Below, piece by piece: positions 8,560 through 17,976 of a DNA stretch of 64,000 bases. Each line of letters opens with the position of its first letter. Positions within the stretch are counted from its first letter, which is position 1. This stretch comes from a virus (taxonomy: Duplodnaviria; Caudoviricetes). The notes below the pieces were generated by a model. The model made no database searches and was not told where the DNA came from. It saw nothing but the letters and a program-made list of their open reading frames with translations. The stretch is taken from the IMG/VR virus record IMGVR_UViG_3300014205_000016, positions 7,882-71,881 of that record; one strand, given 5' to 3'. The position numbers were made by a program, and so were the translations under genes.

Positions 8560-10497
8560 ATGAGCTATATGGACCCTCCTGGAGTCACCAAGAAAACCGC
8601 AGACGCGACTTATCCGCCCAAAGCCAGCTTGGTCGGCGGCCTTGGTGACTTCTCGCCTGATGGCATGTACATCATCGCTTGCGGCGACTCGACCACCGAA
8701 CAGTTCAACCAGAACCAGGGCGGCAGCCAGATGATCCAGGCGCTCCGTCTCCCTGGCGAAGTTTGGGACAAGATTGCCGGCTTCATCAACTTCGGCGGCT
8801 CCGGCTATACGCTCCGTGGTTTCGTGGAAGACCCTATCGGCACCGTACCGACCATCCCGCCCACAGGCGTTGGCGCCATCAGCACCTGGGATACCTATGG
8901 CCACAAGCCTACCGGCGCTATCTCCCTGGCCACAGCGCTGGCTTGGCGGGCCGGTAAAGGAGACCGTGCGATCTGGCGAATCTGTTACGGCATCAACGAC
9001 ATGATTCTGTACGCCGCGACCGGGAACCTTTCGCAAACGGCCATCACTGCTTATCTCGTGCCGTACCTCCAGACGGTGATCAATCGGATTGTAGCGGCCT
9101 ATCCGCACGACTCGATCATCATGGAATGCCCAAACCCGATGACGGCTCGCCCGTTCACGCCACCTGGCCAGGGCTTCCCGTCGTACACTGCCTATCCGAC
9201 CTTCGGCAATGATCTGGCGACCGACGCCGCGCTGGTTGAGAAGTGGAACCAAGCTGCGCGGGCTGCTTATTTGCAAATCCAGAACCAATACCCAAAAGTC
9301 AAGTTTAATGACTCTTGGCAACAGGTGTTTGGGCCGTCGCAAACCTCTTTGATCGCATCATCGCAATTGCCGTTCCTGGTCAACCTCGTCCACCCGACCG
9401 GCACTGCCGACATGGCACGTATCCGTTCAATCTCGCGCATCACCAACCCCAAGCCGATCAGCTCTGAAGGGCGTATCGCAGAGGCCGACGCCCAGGCTAC
9501 TGCGATGACCGTCAACCCATGGGAGGTGTTCCCAGGTTACTTCCGTGACAACCCGCGATATCGACTCGGCGCCAACACCACCTTTGTCGGGGCAGGCTCC
9601 AACTATCTCGACCTTGGGATCACTTACGCGCAGTTCCTTCAACAAGTGTCCGGCACCGTTTACGTGGCCGTCGGCGACTTGACCGCGCAGGCATTCTCAT
9701 CTTACACCCCGGTGGCGAGCGGCAACAACACCAGGCTCACGGGCGTCGTCCCTTCAGCCGCGCTACAGGCTGCGGTGAGTCGTCAGTCCGTCCAACTGTA
9801 CCTGGATAACATCAATCAGTTGGTGGCAAACGATTCCTATGTCAACGCTGCTGCGGTCGCTGCCAAAGAGTATGTCACTTGCAATGGTCTGAGTGGCGGG
9901 TCTGGCTATATCGACTTTAGCATCCCGAAAACTGTTGGGCGTATCTCCTCCAAGTTCGCCAACGGACTGAAGGGTGGCACCCTGGTCATCGGCGGGTCGA
10001 TCAACGCCACCTTGTCGCTGGCCACCGCCACGGCAATTAACCGGGCTGGCACCACGTCACAGCGCGCCATTCGAATCAACATCGCTGGCGACTACAGCAC
10101 CTACGGAGGCCAGCCCGCTGCCATCACCTTTGACGATTCCGCGCCATCGCCGAAAGTATGGGAGCGAGTAGTCATCCCAACTGCTGTGTTGACGATGACT
10201 ACTACAGGTGATCGTCGGTTCCTTTCGTCGGACGTTCCGATGCTGGACGGCGTGACGTTCACGGCCAACCTGCTTGGCGCGGCAATCGCGGCCATCCTCA
10301 CCATCGAGATTTACGCGCTGACGTTCGGCGCCCGGACCCTCATCGGCACCATCAGCATCCCGTCCAACGGCAGCTCGGCAACCCTGTCTTCAGGCAACCC
10401 GACTACTGTGGCCGCTGGCGCCGTTTACGAGGCCGTTTACACCGGTGCGTCCAACAGCGCGGTGAACGCGATTAAAATCACCGCAGTTCCTGTGTAA
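8560..10497 (+). CDS. SGNH/GDSL-family hydrolase with long beta-rich C-terminal region (putative esterase/deacetylase, possibly virion-associated)
   Basis: Block I ACGDSTT, block II GGSG, block III YGIND, block V NLVHP (DxxH Asp replaced by Asn); Thr/Gly/Ala-rich C-terminus. Confidence 0.8.
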   Translation: MSYMDPPGVTKKTADATYPPKASLVGGLGDFSPDGMYIIACGDSTTEQFNQNQGGSQMIQALRLPGEVWDKIAGFINFGGSGYTLRGFVEDPIGTVPTIPPTGVGAISTWDTYGHKPTGAISLATALAWRAGKGDRAIWRICYGINDMILYAATGNLSQTAITAYLVPYLQTVINRIVAAYPHDSIIMECPNPMTARPFTPPGQGFPSYTAYPTFGNDLATDAALVEKWNQAARAAYLQIQNQYPKVKFNDSWQQVFGPSQTSLIASSQLPFLVNLVHPTGTADMARIRSISRITNPKPISSEGRIAEADAQATAMTVNPWEVFPGYFRDNPRYRLGANTTFVGAGSNYLDLGITYAQFLQQVSGTVYVAVGDLTAQAFSSYTPVASGNNTRLTGVVPSAALQAAVSRQSVQLYLDNINQLVANDSYVNAAAVAAKEYVTCNGLSGGSGYIDFSIPKTVGRISSKFANGLKGGTLVIGGSINATLSLATATAINRAGTTSQRAIRINIAGDYSTYGGQPAAITFDDSAPSPKVWERVVIPTAVLTMTTTGDRRFLSSDVPMLDGVTFTANLLGAAIAAILTIEIYALTFGARTLIGTISIPSNGSSATLSSGNPTTVAAGAVYEAVYTGASNSAVNAIKITAVPV

Positions 10498-10502
10498 AGT
10501 TG

Positions 10503-10550
10503 TTGCTTTCCGTTTCAGATGGAATTAGAATGGGCCATCTGAAACGGAAA
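10503..10550 (+). promoter_or_regulatory. sigma70-like promoter with -10 in loop of a perfect 16-bp inverted repeat
   Basis: TTGCTT(10503)-N17-TAGAAT(10526); arms tttccgtttcagatgg 10507-10522 / ccatctgaaacggaaa 10535-10550; leader cccagaaagg. Confidence 0.7.
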
Positions 10551-10570
10551 CACCCAGAAAGGCGACCGAC

Positions 10571-11302
10571 ATGAACGACAAAATCAACCTCGACAAGATC
10601 AAAGACCGCATCGCAAAACTTCTGCGTATGGCGGAAGACGCCTCCAGCCCGCACGAGGCTGCCATTGCCGCAAACCGCGCTCGCAAGTTGATGGACCAGT
10701 ACCAACTGGATGCCATGGACATCGGCGATGGCTTTGAAGAGGAATTCGCTCACGAACATGCAACACGCTACTTTGCTGCGATCCCTCAATACCTTTCGAT
10801 CTTTGCTGCTGCCGTCGGCAAGTTCAACGATTGCCAGGCCGTATTTGGCGGTGGCGTTGTTACCTTCAAAAAGAAGGCGTCCGATGCCAAGCAATGTGGC
10901 AAACGCATCGAGTTCAAAGGCTACAAGTCTGACGTGCAACTTGCCATCCAGATGTACAACACCTTGGAGGAGGCCGTCAACCGGCTCTGCAAAGAGTACA
11001 TGCGCGCCCAGGGTCTTACTGCTTACTCGGTTCGTATCGGCGGACAGTTCAAGCTTGGTGCATTCATGGAGATTGGCCACCGTCTCAGCGCCATGACCGT
11101 TGAGCGCGACAAATTGACTTCGACTGTAACCGGAACTTCTCTGGTGGTCGTCAAGTCTAAGAACGTCGATGAGCACTTTGGCCCGATTAAGTACAAAAAG
11201 GCCAACGTCAAAGAGGTGAAAGAGTACGATGACCAAGCTGCTCGTAAGGCAGGTGTGAATGCCGGTCGAATGGTTGAAATTCAACGGAGTGTGGAGTCAT
11301 AA
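10571..11302 (+). CDS. DUF2786-domain protein
   Basis: N-terminal KIKDRIAKLLRMAEDASSPHEAAIAANRARKLMDQY. Confidence 0.75.
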   Translation: MNDKINLDKIKDRIAKLLRMAEDASSPHEAAIAANRARKLMDQYQLDAMDIGDGFEEEFAHEHATRYFAAIPQYLSIFAAAVGKFNDCQAVFGGGVVTFKKKASDAKQCGKRIEFKGYKSDVQLAIQMYNTLEEAVNRLCKEYMRAQGLTAYSVRIGGQFKLGAFMEIGHRLSAMTVERDKLTSTVTGTSLVVVKSKNVDEHFGPIKYKKANVKEVKEYDDQAARKAGVNAGRMVEIQRSVES

Positions 11303-11303
11303 T

Positions 11304-11480
11304 ATGTCCAAGAACTTCTTTGATACACCTGAGGCGAGCGCAAAAGGGCGCTCGCCCATCCTGGAGGAGAATGACCGACTCCACCGCCGTAACAGCATCT
11401 TGTTCGGTATCGTGGTCTACACCTATGTTGTACTTGTTTTGTTTGGTGCCGTATTTGGCATCAAGCACATCATTCAATAA
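11304..11480 (+). CDS. Small membrane protein
   Basis: SD ggag before ATG 11304; one TM segment ILFGIVVYTYVVLVLFGAVFGI. Confidence 0.6.
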   Translation: MSKNFFDTPEASAKGRSPILEENDRLHRRNSILFGIVVYTYVVLVLFGAVFGIKHIIQ

Positions 11481-11496
11481 CCTGAAGGAATAAAGC

Positions 11497-11895
11497 ATGT
11501 CCATTGACGCATCCAAGTTCGATTCCGCTATCAAGTTGGACCCGGCCGTTGCAGCGCAGTTCGTCGAAGTCAACCAGCGCCTCCAATCGCTGAGTGAAAT
11601 TCTCGATCAGGCTGTGCGTGCCGCGATTGACCAGGCGAACAAACTCAAGTTTGATCTGGAGCACGAAAGCCGTGCGCTGTGGGACAAGACCCTCGGTGAA
11701 CTCGGCCTCGACATCACTTCGGTGAACTGGTCGGCAGACATCAAAGATGTGAACGCAGCGTACATCTTCCGCCAGGACGAGTTGAACGCTGCCATGCAGG
11801 CCGAGCATCTGGCCACGTTCGGCGCGGCCCCAGGCAACGCGCCTGAGCCAATCGACCCTTCCACCGATCCCGTAACCCCACCAACCCAGGAGTAA
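11497..11895 (+). CDS. Hypothetical coiled-coil protein
   Basis: SD aagga; helical acidic sequence with Pro-rich tail. Confidence 0.7.
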   Translation: MSIDASKFDSAIKLDPAVAAQFVEVNQRLQSLSEILDQAVRAAIDQANKLKFDLEHESRALWDKTLGELGLDITSVNWSADIKDVNAAYIFRQDELNAAMQAEHLATFGAAPGNAPEPIDPSTDPVTPPTQE

Positions 11896-11900
11896 CGCGC

Positions 11901-12116
11901 ATGACCAGTTCCGTCCGTATCGAAGCCCACCCAGTCGGCGGCAAGGTAGTGAAAGTCAGCATCACTTCCCCTTCCGACGCTTTCGTCGACCAGGAAATCA
12001 CCCTCAAAAACGGTGAAGTCTACAGCGGCGTGTTCTACGATGAAATCACCGTGAGCGCCAAAGAGGTGCTTTTTGAAGAAGAGCCGCCAGCGGGCGAACT
12101 CGCCGAGACGGTGTAA
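11901..12116 (+). CDS. Hypothetical protein
   Basis: SD ggag; ends just before bidirectional terminator. Confidence 0.65.
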   Translation: MTSSVRIEAHPVGGKVVKVSITSPSDAFVDQEITLKNGEVYSGVFYDEITVSAKEVLFEEEPPAGELAETV

Positions 12117-12128
12117 GCAGAAGTGAAC

Positions 12129-12158
12129 AAAGGCCCGTGGTGACGCACGGGCCTTTTC
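12129..12158. terminator. Bidirectional intrinsic terminator
   Basis: aaaggcccgtg-gtgacg-cacgggcctttt between convergent genes. Confidence 0.8.
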
Positions 12159-12159
12159 A

Positions 12160-13560
12160 TTACCAGTCGAAAAATCCGGCCGGGGCGCGCTCTGGGATGA
12201 TGGCCGCCATGATCACGGAGTCGGCGATGTTCGGCGACTTGATCCCGCGCTTCAACAGCATGTCTTCCTTGGCTTCGATTTTGAATCGGCCTGTCCGGCT
12301 TCGCTCTTTGCGCGGTTGGGATAGCTCCATCATCATCTGTTCCAGCTTATCTTTTGGAATGGTGTCGGTGTTGATTGAGATCAGTTCGTCCAGAGGGTAT
12401 TCAATGCCCTTCACCACCATCTCATATGTCTTACGGAAACGGGTGGCTACGTCGACCCAGGCCTGGGCCTTGGCGTTCTCAAAGTAGTCTCCGTTGGTGA
12501 TGTCGATGTGAGGCAGCTTCATAAAGACTTCATCTTTATTCACTACGCCAGCGCCAGCGTTAAACGGGTCATAGGACAGCTGCCACTTGGAGCCACCCTC
12601 CACAGCCAGGCTGGCTTCGTTGAGGTTAGCGAAGTGACCGCCCACGAACGCGCCTACTCCTATGCTATCGAATGTTACGCTGGCGTTTAGCTCCCTTGCC
12701 TGGTTCCAGACAAGGCTAGCGGACTCAGGCAGCTTATCTTCCAGGCCCTGCCACTCCTCGACTCCCATAATCACATTCCCGATCATGAAAGTGGTGGCGT
12801 TCTTATCGCCACCGGCGTCCGCGACGTCATAGCCGATGCGACGTGTGCCGGCAGGCTCCCAACCGAGACGTTTGTGCGCATCCAACGCGGCTTTGACGAA
12901 CATGTAGTTGATGACGGATTTGTCGGCGCCCATTTTCGGTACGCCGCCATATACGTGTTCGGCGCCTTCTGGGTCTTTTCGGTACGCCTCGCGAATAACC
13001 TTGAGCATCGTCTCCGAAAGGTACGGGTTCTGCTCCCAGTTGATCTCTTTGGCGATGCAGTCGGCTGGCGTCTTGACGACGAAGTTTTGATAGATGAAGT
13101 CGGCCCATTCATCCGGGTTCCAAATCAACCAAATCTGGCTGTGTTCTTTTCGGATGGTCGGCTCAATAATGTCCCACTGATCCTTGGTGAGATAGTTGGC
13201 CTCCTCCAGCCAGAGGATGTCGACGCCTTCAGTCGATTTGATCTCAGCCAAGTTGCGGGCGATCCCGTAGAAAAGGAATTCAGACCCGGTGATCTTATGC
13301 TTGATCGAGTTATTAGTTAGAACAAACTCGCCACGGAACTCGCTGTTTTCGATCTTGTCTTTGATCAGCGTATATACAGACTCGGATATACGGTTTTGGA
13401 ACTGACGTGCGCACATGAACTTCAAGGTGTAGTTCGCGGCCAGGTAAACGGCGATCCCTGCGGCATCGTGCGACTTGGAGGATGCACGCCCGCCGTACAA
13501 AGCCTTGTACCGACTTGGGGTCATCCAGAAGTCGCGTAGGACGGGGTTGAGCTGGTAGAT
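12160..13560 (-). CDS. terL: Terminase large subunit
   Basis: Walker A-like YGGRASSKS, ARQFQNRISESV, Walker B LWLEEA, nuclease IGYDVAD, KSPNIADS; start uncertain (ATC 13560, GTG 13593 or ATG 13524). Confidence 0.95.
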   Translation of the reverse strand: MYQLNPVLRDFWMTPSRYKALYGGRASSKSHDAAGIAVYLAANYTLKFMCARQFQNRISESVYTLIKDKIENSEFRGEFVLTNNSIKHKITGSEFLFYGIARNLAEIKSTEGVDILWLEEANYLTKDQWDIIEPTIRKEHSQIWLIWNPDEWADFIYQNFVVKTPADCIAKEINWEQNPYLSETMLKVIREAYRKDPEGAEHVYGGVPKMGADKSVINYMFVKAALDAHKRLGWEPAGTRRIGYDVADAGGDKNATTFMIGNVIMGVEEWQGLEDKLPESASLVWNQARELNASVTFDSIGVGAFVGGHFANLNEASLAVEGGSKWQLSYDPFNAGAGVVNKDEVFMKLPHIDITNGDYFENAKAQAWVDVATRFRKTYEMVVKGIEYPLDELISINTDTIPKDKLEQMMMELSQPRKERSRTGRFKIEAKEDMLLKRGIKSPNIADSVIMAAIIPERAPAGFFDW

Positions 13561-13703
13561 AAGACACCTATTTATACAGTTGGCTATGCCCACATTGTAC
13601 CCGACGGCGGTTCAAATAAATAGTTGTTGCCCTATTGAATTACTTACCATAATATCAGGTCTCTCTTGAGGTCCAATCAACTAAGCAAAGATGGAGGTGT
13701 TAA

Positions 13704-14024
13704 ATGCGACAGTGGCGAGTGAGCCTTTTGTTGGGTGCCGTCCTGGCGCTGTGCGTTGGTAGCGTTTTCGCTGCTGATGTACAGCCGCTGGGTGAGAAGT
13801 GGGAGCAAGGCTACGGCTATAGCTCCTCGCTGGGTGATGTCGCTAACCAGTTGGCGATTGTGGCGGAAGCACCCCGATTGCGCACCCAGGAAGCTGTGGT
13901 GGCGTCGACCCTTCTGAGCAAACGCTTGTCCAGCACCATGTTGGCCGTCGGCGGTCACTTCGAACCCGTGGAGGTGGCTGCCGTACTCGGTAGCTGCCGA
14001 ACGGGTAAGGCTCTGATGGCCTAA
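13704..14024 (+). CDS. Hypothetical exported protein
   Basis: SD ggaggt; signal peptide MRQWRVSLLLGAVLALCVGSVFA; own terminator downstream. Confidence 0.6.
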   Translation: MRQWRVSLLLGAVLALCVGSVFAADVQPLGEKWEQGYGYSSSLGDVANQLAIVAEAPRLRTQEAVVASTLLSKRLSSTMLAVGGHFEPVEVAAVLGSCRTGKALMA

Positions 14025-14043
14025 ACCAAAACCTGGTGACGAC

Positions 14044-14074
14044 GAAAAGCCCCGCTGATGTGGGGCTTTTCTTT
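14044..14074 (+). terminator. Intrinsic terminator
   Basis: gaaaagcccc-gctgatgt-ggggcttttc-ttt. Confidence 0.8.
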
Positions 14075-14154
14075 GCTCGCAGAAAGGTGAAATAATAGTT
14101 GCCTTCCACTTTGGATAGGTTAATAATAGCTCAACAAGCAAAGAAGGTGATGCA

Positions 14155-14307
14155 ATGTTACTCGTTATAAGCGTGTCAAAAGTCAAGGGTGAAAAGCGGT
14201 ATGTGGCGCGCAGCCATCAATGCGCGACTACCGCCGAACGCCCGACCCGGATGGAGGCTGTTCAAGCGCTCCAGAAGCAAATCCAACCTAGAAAGGAAAG
14301 CCTGTGA
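14155..14307 (+). CDS. Small hypothetical protein (50 aa)
   Basis: SD aaggtgat; MLLVISVSKVKGEKRYVARS...; stop overlaps next GTG; below track cutoff. Confidence 0.55.
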   Translation: MLLVISVSKVKGEKRYVARSHQCATTAERPTRMEAVQALQKQIQPRKESL

Positions 14308-14597
14308 AATACATCGTACTTGAGTTGGACCATGGGCGCTCGTTTGTGCGTGAAGTTCCAATCCTCTTTCCTGAGTATCTGGTGCACGCTACAATGGCAA
14401 AGTCCATCGGGCAAGCGATCATGCTTGAAGACAAATCTGTGGTCTCTGTGCGTCCGGTTGCTGCTGGCTTCTTCAGCTCGCTCGGTCTGGCTGCCGTACA
14501 GTGCTACGGAAAAAGCGAAACCCTCGACCTTGAATCCAGAGGCGATGAGGATGTGAACCTTATGAAGATGTTTGATTATCTTCACGGACTCGTTTGA
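14304..14597 (+). CDS. Hypothetical protein
   Basis: MKYIVLE...EVPILFPEYLVH...PVAAGF; coupled start. Confidence 0.7.
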   Translation: MKYIVLELDHGRSFVREVPILFPEYLVHATMAKSIGQAIMLEDKSVVSVRPVAAGFFSSLGLAAVQCYGKSETLDLESRGDEDVNLMKMFDYLHGLV

Positions 14598-14623
14598 CCA
14601 ACCAACCAGAAAGGTAGAATGAC

Positions 14624-14881
14624 ATGGCAAAGTTCACCGGCATTGCCGCGACCTCGCCCGACTTCAACGGCGTCCGCTATCTGGCCCACGTCCCCGGCGT
14701 CGGCTTCTGTTTCATCCGCTCCGATGAGGAGTGCCTCAAACGTCGTCTGTGCGCGTACAACGCCGACACCGTTTATGACCAGAATGCGCTGAAGAACACC
14801 TTGGCGCACCAGCGCTCCCTCTATCCCCAGCACGACATCAACACCTTCGATGTCGGCACTCTGGAGGTGTCCCATGGCTGA
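14624..14881 (+). CDS. Hypothetical protein
   Basis: Leader ccagaaaggtag; part of tightly packed run. Confidence 0.65.
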   Translation: MAKFTGIAATSPDFNGVRYLAHVPGVGFCFIRSDEECLKRRLCAYNADTVYDQNALKNTLAHQRSLYPQHDINTFDVGTLEVSHG

Positions 14882-15215
14882 GTTAGCCACGTTCAAATCG
14901 CCATCAACAATTGAGTTCGAGGTCAAGAAGCCTAAACGCTTCGCAAAGCCTCGGCTCAAAGACGCCAAGCGCGGCGAAACCTTTCTGTGGCAAGCCGACC
15001 ACGGGCGCCACGCAGCGGCCATCTGCATGTTGACCTGCGTCTCGGCCTACCGGGCGCTGGTAGACGCTGCCGTCCTGCCATCTGTACACAAGGACGTGGC
15101 CGAGGCGCTCAACGACGCCATCTGGATCACCAACCTACAGACCGGTCGCACCTTCGCCGTCCAGGACTGTGAAATTGAGTACGTCAAGGTCAAGATGACC
15201 GTGGAGGGCGCATGA
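14874..15215 (+). CDS. Hypothetical protein
   Basis: SD ggaggtg before ATG 14874. Confidence 0.65.
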   Translation: MAELATFKSPSTIEFEVKKPKRFAKPRLKDAKRGETFLWQADHGRHAAAICMLTCVSAYRALVDAAVLPSVHKDVAEALNDAIWITNLQTGRTFAVQDCEIEYVKVKMTVEGA

Positions 15216-15628
15216 AATACGTCATCCAATCGTTGTCTTTGCGCCACGGCCTTCAGTTCATCTGTACGGTCGGTTCCATGCACCGGCTGGTGGACTGGGA
15301 TCGGGCCGCGCCAATCGTCCTGGTGCTGGATGAGGCCGACCTCAAGAACGGCACCCGCGCCTCCATCATGCGGACGTTCGAGGCGCGTGACAAAATCCTG
15401 AGTGTCGTCGAGCTGCCTGATGGTTGGGGTCCGGTCGCGCCTTGCGATCATACGCTTGGAAAGGCTTGCCTGTCGATGTCGTATCCTTCTGAGTTCGGAA
15501 GCTGCTACATCAGACAGTCGGACCCTCTGCCGATTGAGGCGCGCTGGGAGGTATTCTTTCCTTACTGTCCTAGTTGCGGCAAAAAGAACACCAAACCGTT
15601 CCCAGGCCTAGAAGACCTTTGGGCTTAA
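15212..15628 (+). CDS. Hypothetical protein with Zn-ribbon
   Basis: ATGA overlap; PCDH...C and YCPSCG. Confidence 0.65.
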   Translation: MKYVIQSLSLRHGLQFICTVGSMHRLVDWDRAAPIVLVLDEADLKNGTRASIMRTFEARDKILSVVELPDGWGPVAPCDHTLGKACLSMSYPSEFGSCYIRQSDPLPIEARWEVFFPYCPSCGKKNTKPFPGLEDLWA

Positions 15629-15650
15629 CCGACTTTCGAGGAAACATCGA

Positions 15651-15839
15651 ATGAGCAGCTGGATTATTTCGTTGATCGTCGTTATCATTAACGTCGCCTA
15701 TGTGATCGGCATCATGGTCGGTCAATCGCGCCCGGACCGTGACACGCTCGTCCAGGCGATGGCCATCACCCTCATCGTAGGCGTGGTCTGCTTGGTCGGC
15801 TGCACGGTCCGGGCCATCCTGGATCGGTGGCTTAAATGA
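15651..15839 (+). CDS. Small two-TM membrane protein
   Basis: Two hydrophobic segments; SD gagga. Confidence 0.65.
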   Translation: MSSWIISLIVVIINVAYVIGIMVGQSRPDRDTLVQAMAITLIVGVVCLVGCTVRAILDRWLK

Positions 15840-16135
15840 CGGACATCCCTGACTTGTACGCTAAAGACTTGGAGCCGGGTGACGGCTTCATCGTCTTGGT
15901 CGGCGGTGAACGCTGCGTGGCCATCGTTAACTATGTCGGGAAGGAAAGGGCGCTCAAGTTGGGTGCCCGTCTCCAGGTGCGCGTTGGCTTTGATCTTCTT
16001 GAGCCAGGCCCGCCTGGAGAGCCAAATATCCGATCTTACGATCAGGTCACCACCATCGAGGTGTTGGCTCCGATCTTCCTTACTCATCACGCGAGGAGGT
16101 CTCGCCATGAGCGAAGCGATCAAAATCAAGGGTAA
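15836..16135 (+). CDS. Hypothetical protein
   Basis: ATGA overlap with upstream stop. Confidence 0.55.
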   Translation: MTDIPDLYAKDLEPGDGFIVLVGGERCVAIVNYVGKERALKLGARLQVRVGFDLLEPGPPGEPNIRSYDQVTTIEVLAPIFLTHHARRSRHERSDQNQG

Positions 16136-16571
16136 GGACGTTGGCATTGGCGACTGGATATCCGTCAACGATCACGGCGTGATGCGCATGGGGCGCGTAG
16201 GCCACCTCAACCCCGCCGAGTCGAGTATCTGGCGCAGCTGTGAGATCAAGACTGACGCGGGCGACCGTATCCACTTCAATCTAAACTCTCACGAGTATTA
16301 CACCATCCATACGTTCGTTGAGGATGGTGACCGTAATAACGATGACGTAACCAACCTCATCTTGCGCACCGGCCAGCCTTTTGCGGCTAAGTTCGCCAGA
16401 ATGTCTTGGGCAAAGTTGACCAAGCGATCCGAGTTCAAGTACAGGGCGCGTGATGGACGCCTGATATTCAAGGACGGCTCTGGCATCTTGTTGAACTCCG
16501 ATTCGTCGCGTACTTTGTTTGACGCAAAGGGCAAGGAGTTGGACTGGCCGCGACTTCTCGTCAGACAGTAA
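16107..16571 (+). CDS. Hypothetical protein
   Basis: Strong SD aggaggt before ATG 16107 (in frame with track ORF 15879..16571). Confidence 0.65.
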   Translation: MSEAIKIKGKDVGIGDWISVNDHGVMRMGRVGHLNPAESSIWRSCEIKTDAGDRIHFNLNSHEYYTIHTFVEDGDRNNDDVTNLILRTGQPFAAKFARMSWAKLTKRSEFKYRARDGRLIFKDGSGILLNSDSSRTLFDAKGKELDWPRLLVRQ

Positions 16572-16578
16572 ATAATTG

Positions 16579-16635
16579 TTGCCGACTTGGAATGGATGGT
16601 GCATAATCACCTCACAAACCCAGAAAGGTGATGTT
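16579..16635 (+). promoter_or_regulatory. sigma70-like promoter plus cassette-type leader
   Basis: TTGCCG-N17-CATAAT, then cacctcacaaacccagaaaggtgat. Confidence 0.75.
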
Positions 16636-16866
16636 ATGAAAACCGAACAAGTCGCACTCTTCACCGCCCAGCGCGTCGCTGATGCCGTTGTCCATGCCTA
16701 CGGGTCTGATGCCGTCCAGGCCGAAGTCATCAGTGGTACTGCTGGTTTGTACTACTCCATCAAGCTTGTCGGCGGCAACGATAAGCCTTTGATGCTCGGT
16801 TGCTCCTCGACTACCCTTGAGCAGCTGTTCAAGCGGGTCGCCAGCCTGATCAACCAACCAGCCTAA
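16636..16866 (+). CDS. Hypothetical protein
   Basis: Follows the cassette leader. Confidence 0.65.
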   Translation: MKTEQVALFTAQRVADAVVHAYGSDAVQAEVISGTAGLYYSIKLVGGNDKPLMLGCSSTTLEQLFKRVASLINQPA

Positions 16867-16911
16867 CACCATACCGGCGTCTCCTTGGAGGCGCCGACCC
16901 AGGAGGACACG

Positions 16912-17109
16912 ATGGCCAAGCTCAAGCTCCACGCATACAGCGCAGCCACCGAGACGCGCTATCTCCCGCACCAGGCCTGGCTGCTGAAGAAGTTCCACGA
17001 CCTTGGCCGTCGCGGCACCCTCTGCGGCTTCATGGGCAAGACGACTGATAGTCAGTTCCTCCAGGTCGACTGCAAACGCTGCCAGAAACTCATGAAGGTG
17101 AAGCCATGA
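16912..17109 (+). CDS. Small protein with Cys motif
   Basis: SD aggagga; TLCG...VDCKRC. Confidence 0.65.
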   Translation: MAKLKLHAYSAATETRYLPHQAWLLKKFHDLGRRGTLCGFMGKTTDSQFLQVDCKRCQKLMKVKP

Positions 17110-17768
17110 AGACCCTTTGGAAAACCGCGTTCGCGGCCTATCGTTTGTCGCTCCAAACCGGCAGCGACGATGGCTATTACCCTGGTCCAGACTACAAGTT
17201 CGCTCATGGCTCTAAGCGCGAGCGTAAGGCCATCAACCGGGCTCTGGATATCTATCAAGGCAAGGATGACCCGCTCAAGTTCAAAGCACCTTGCTTCATC
17301 CTCGTCAAGCAGGCCAACCGTAAGCGCGCCAAAGCAGATCGTTGGGGACCAAACACCCTGGCCCAGTACAATTGCCGGTGCGCAGTCATCGAGCTGGAAG
17401 AGGCGCTTGGCGGTGCGCTTGTGTTCGGCAAGGCTGGTGATGAGCCGCGAACTATGCACGGGCTTGGTGATCCTGAGTTGGAAAAGTTCATTGGCGAGGT
17501 CGCCGTGAAACATCAGGAGTTGCATGAGCGCTCGCTTGGTATGTCCGACGAAAGGTTTGTGATCGAGCCGAAACGTTCGCTGATGTCCGACAAACAGCGC
17601 GCTGCGTATGAAGCGGCGATGGCCGAGCACCGTGAAAACCACGCTCGCTTGCTGTCCGATAACCAACCGAGCAAGCGCTATGTCTGGGCGCATCCTGGCG
17701 ATAAGTCGACGACTCGACCAATCAATAAACCTGGAGGTGACGATGAAACGGCAAAAGCTGAAGAGTAA
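17106..17768 (+). CDS. Hypothetical protein
   Basis: ATGA overlap; 220 aa. Confidence 0.65.
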   Translation: MKTLWKTAFAAYRLSLQTGSDDGYYPGPDYKFAHGSKRERKAINRALDIYQGKDDPLKFKAPCFILVKQANRKRAKADRWGPNTLAQYNCRCAVIELEEALGGALVFGKAGDEPRTMHGLGDPELEKFIGEVAVKHQELHERSLGMSDERFVIEPKRSLMSDKQRAAYEAAMAEHRENHARLLSDNQPSKRYVWAHPGDKSTTRPINKPGGDDETAKAEE

Positions 17769-17976
17769 GCGACCGTGGCCTGATCGCTTTCCAGACGAAT
17801 GGCGCGGTTGGAAGTTCGATTATAGTCTTGTTTATCGTTCGGCCTTCGCGCATAATACCGCCGACTGGGACGACTTCATCTTTGGAAGCCGTCGACAGAT
17901 CAAACTTGAAATCAAACGTCGCCAGGCCGAGGCCATCGCCAAAGACTTTCGCGACATGCTAGGAGTGCCAAAATGA
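17743..17976 (+). CDS. Small basic hypothetical protein
   Basis: SD ggaggtg before ATG 17743. Confidence 0.6.
   Translation: MKRQKLKSKRPWPDRFPDEWRGWKFDYSLVYRSAFAHNTADWDDFIFGSRRQIKLEIKRRQAEAIAKDFRDMLGVPK

Noticed and set aside
8284-9342. 352-aa minus-strand ORF
   Set aside because: Antisense to the SGNH hydrolase, Arg-rich shadow composition
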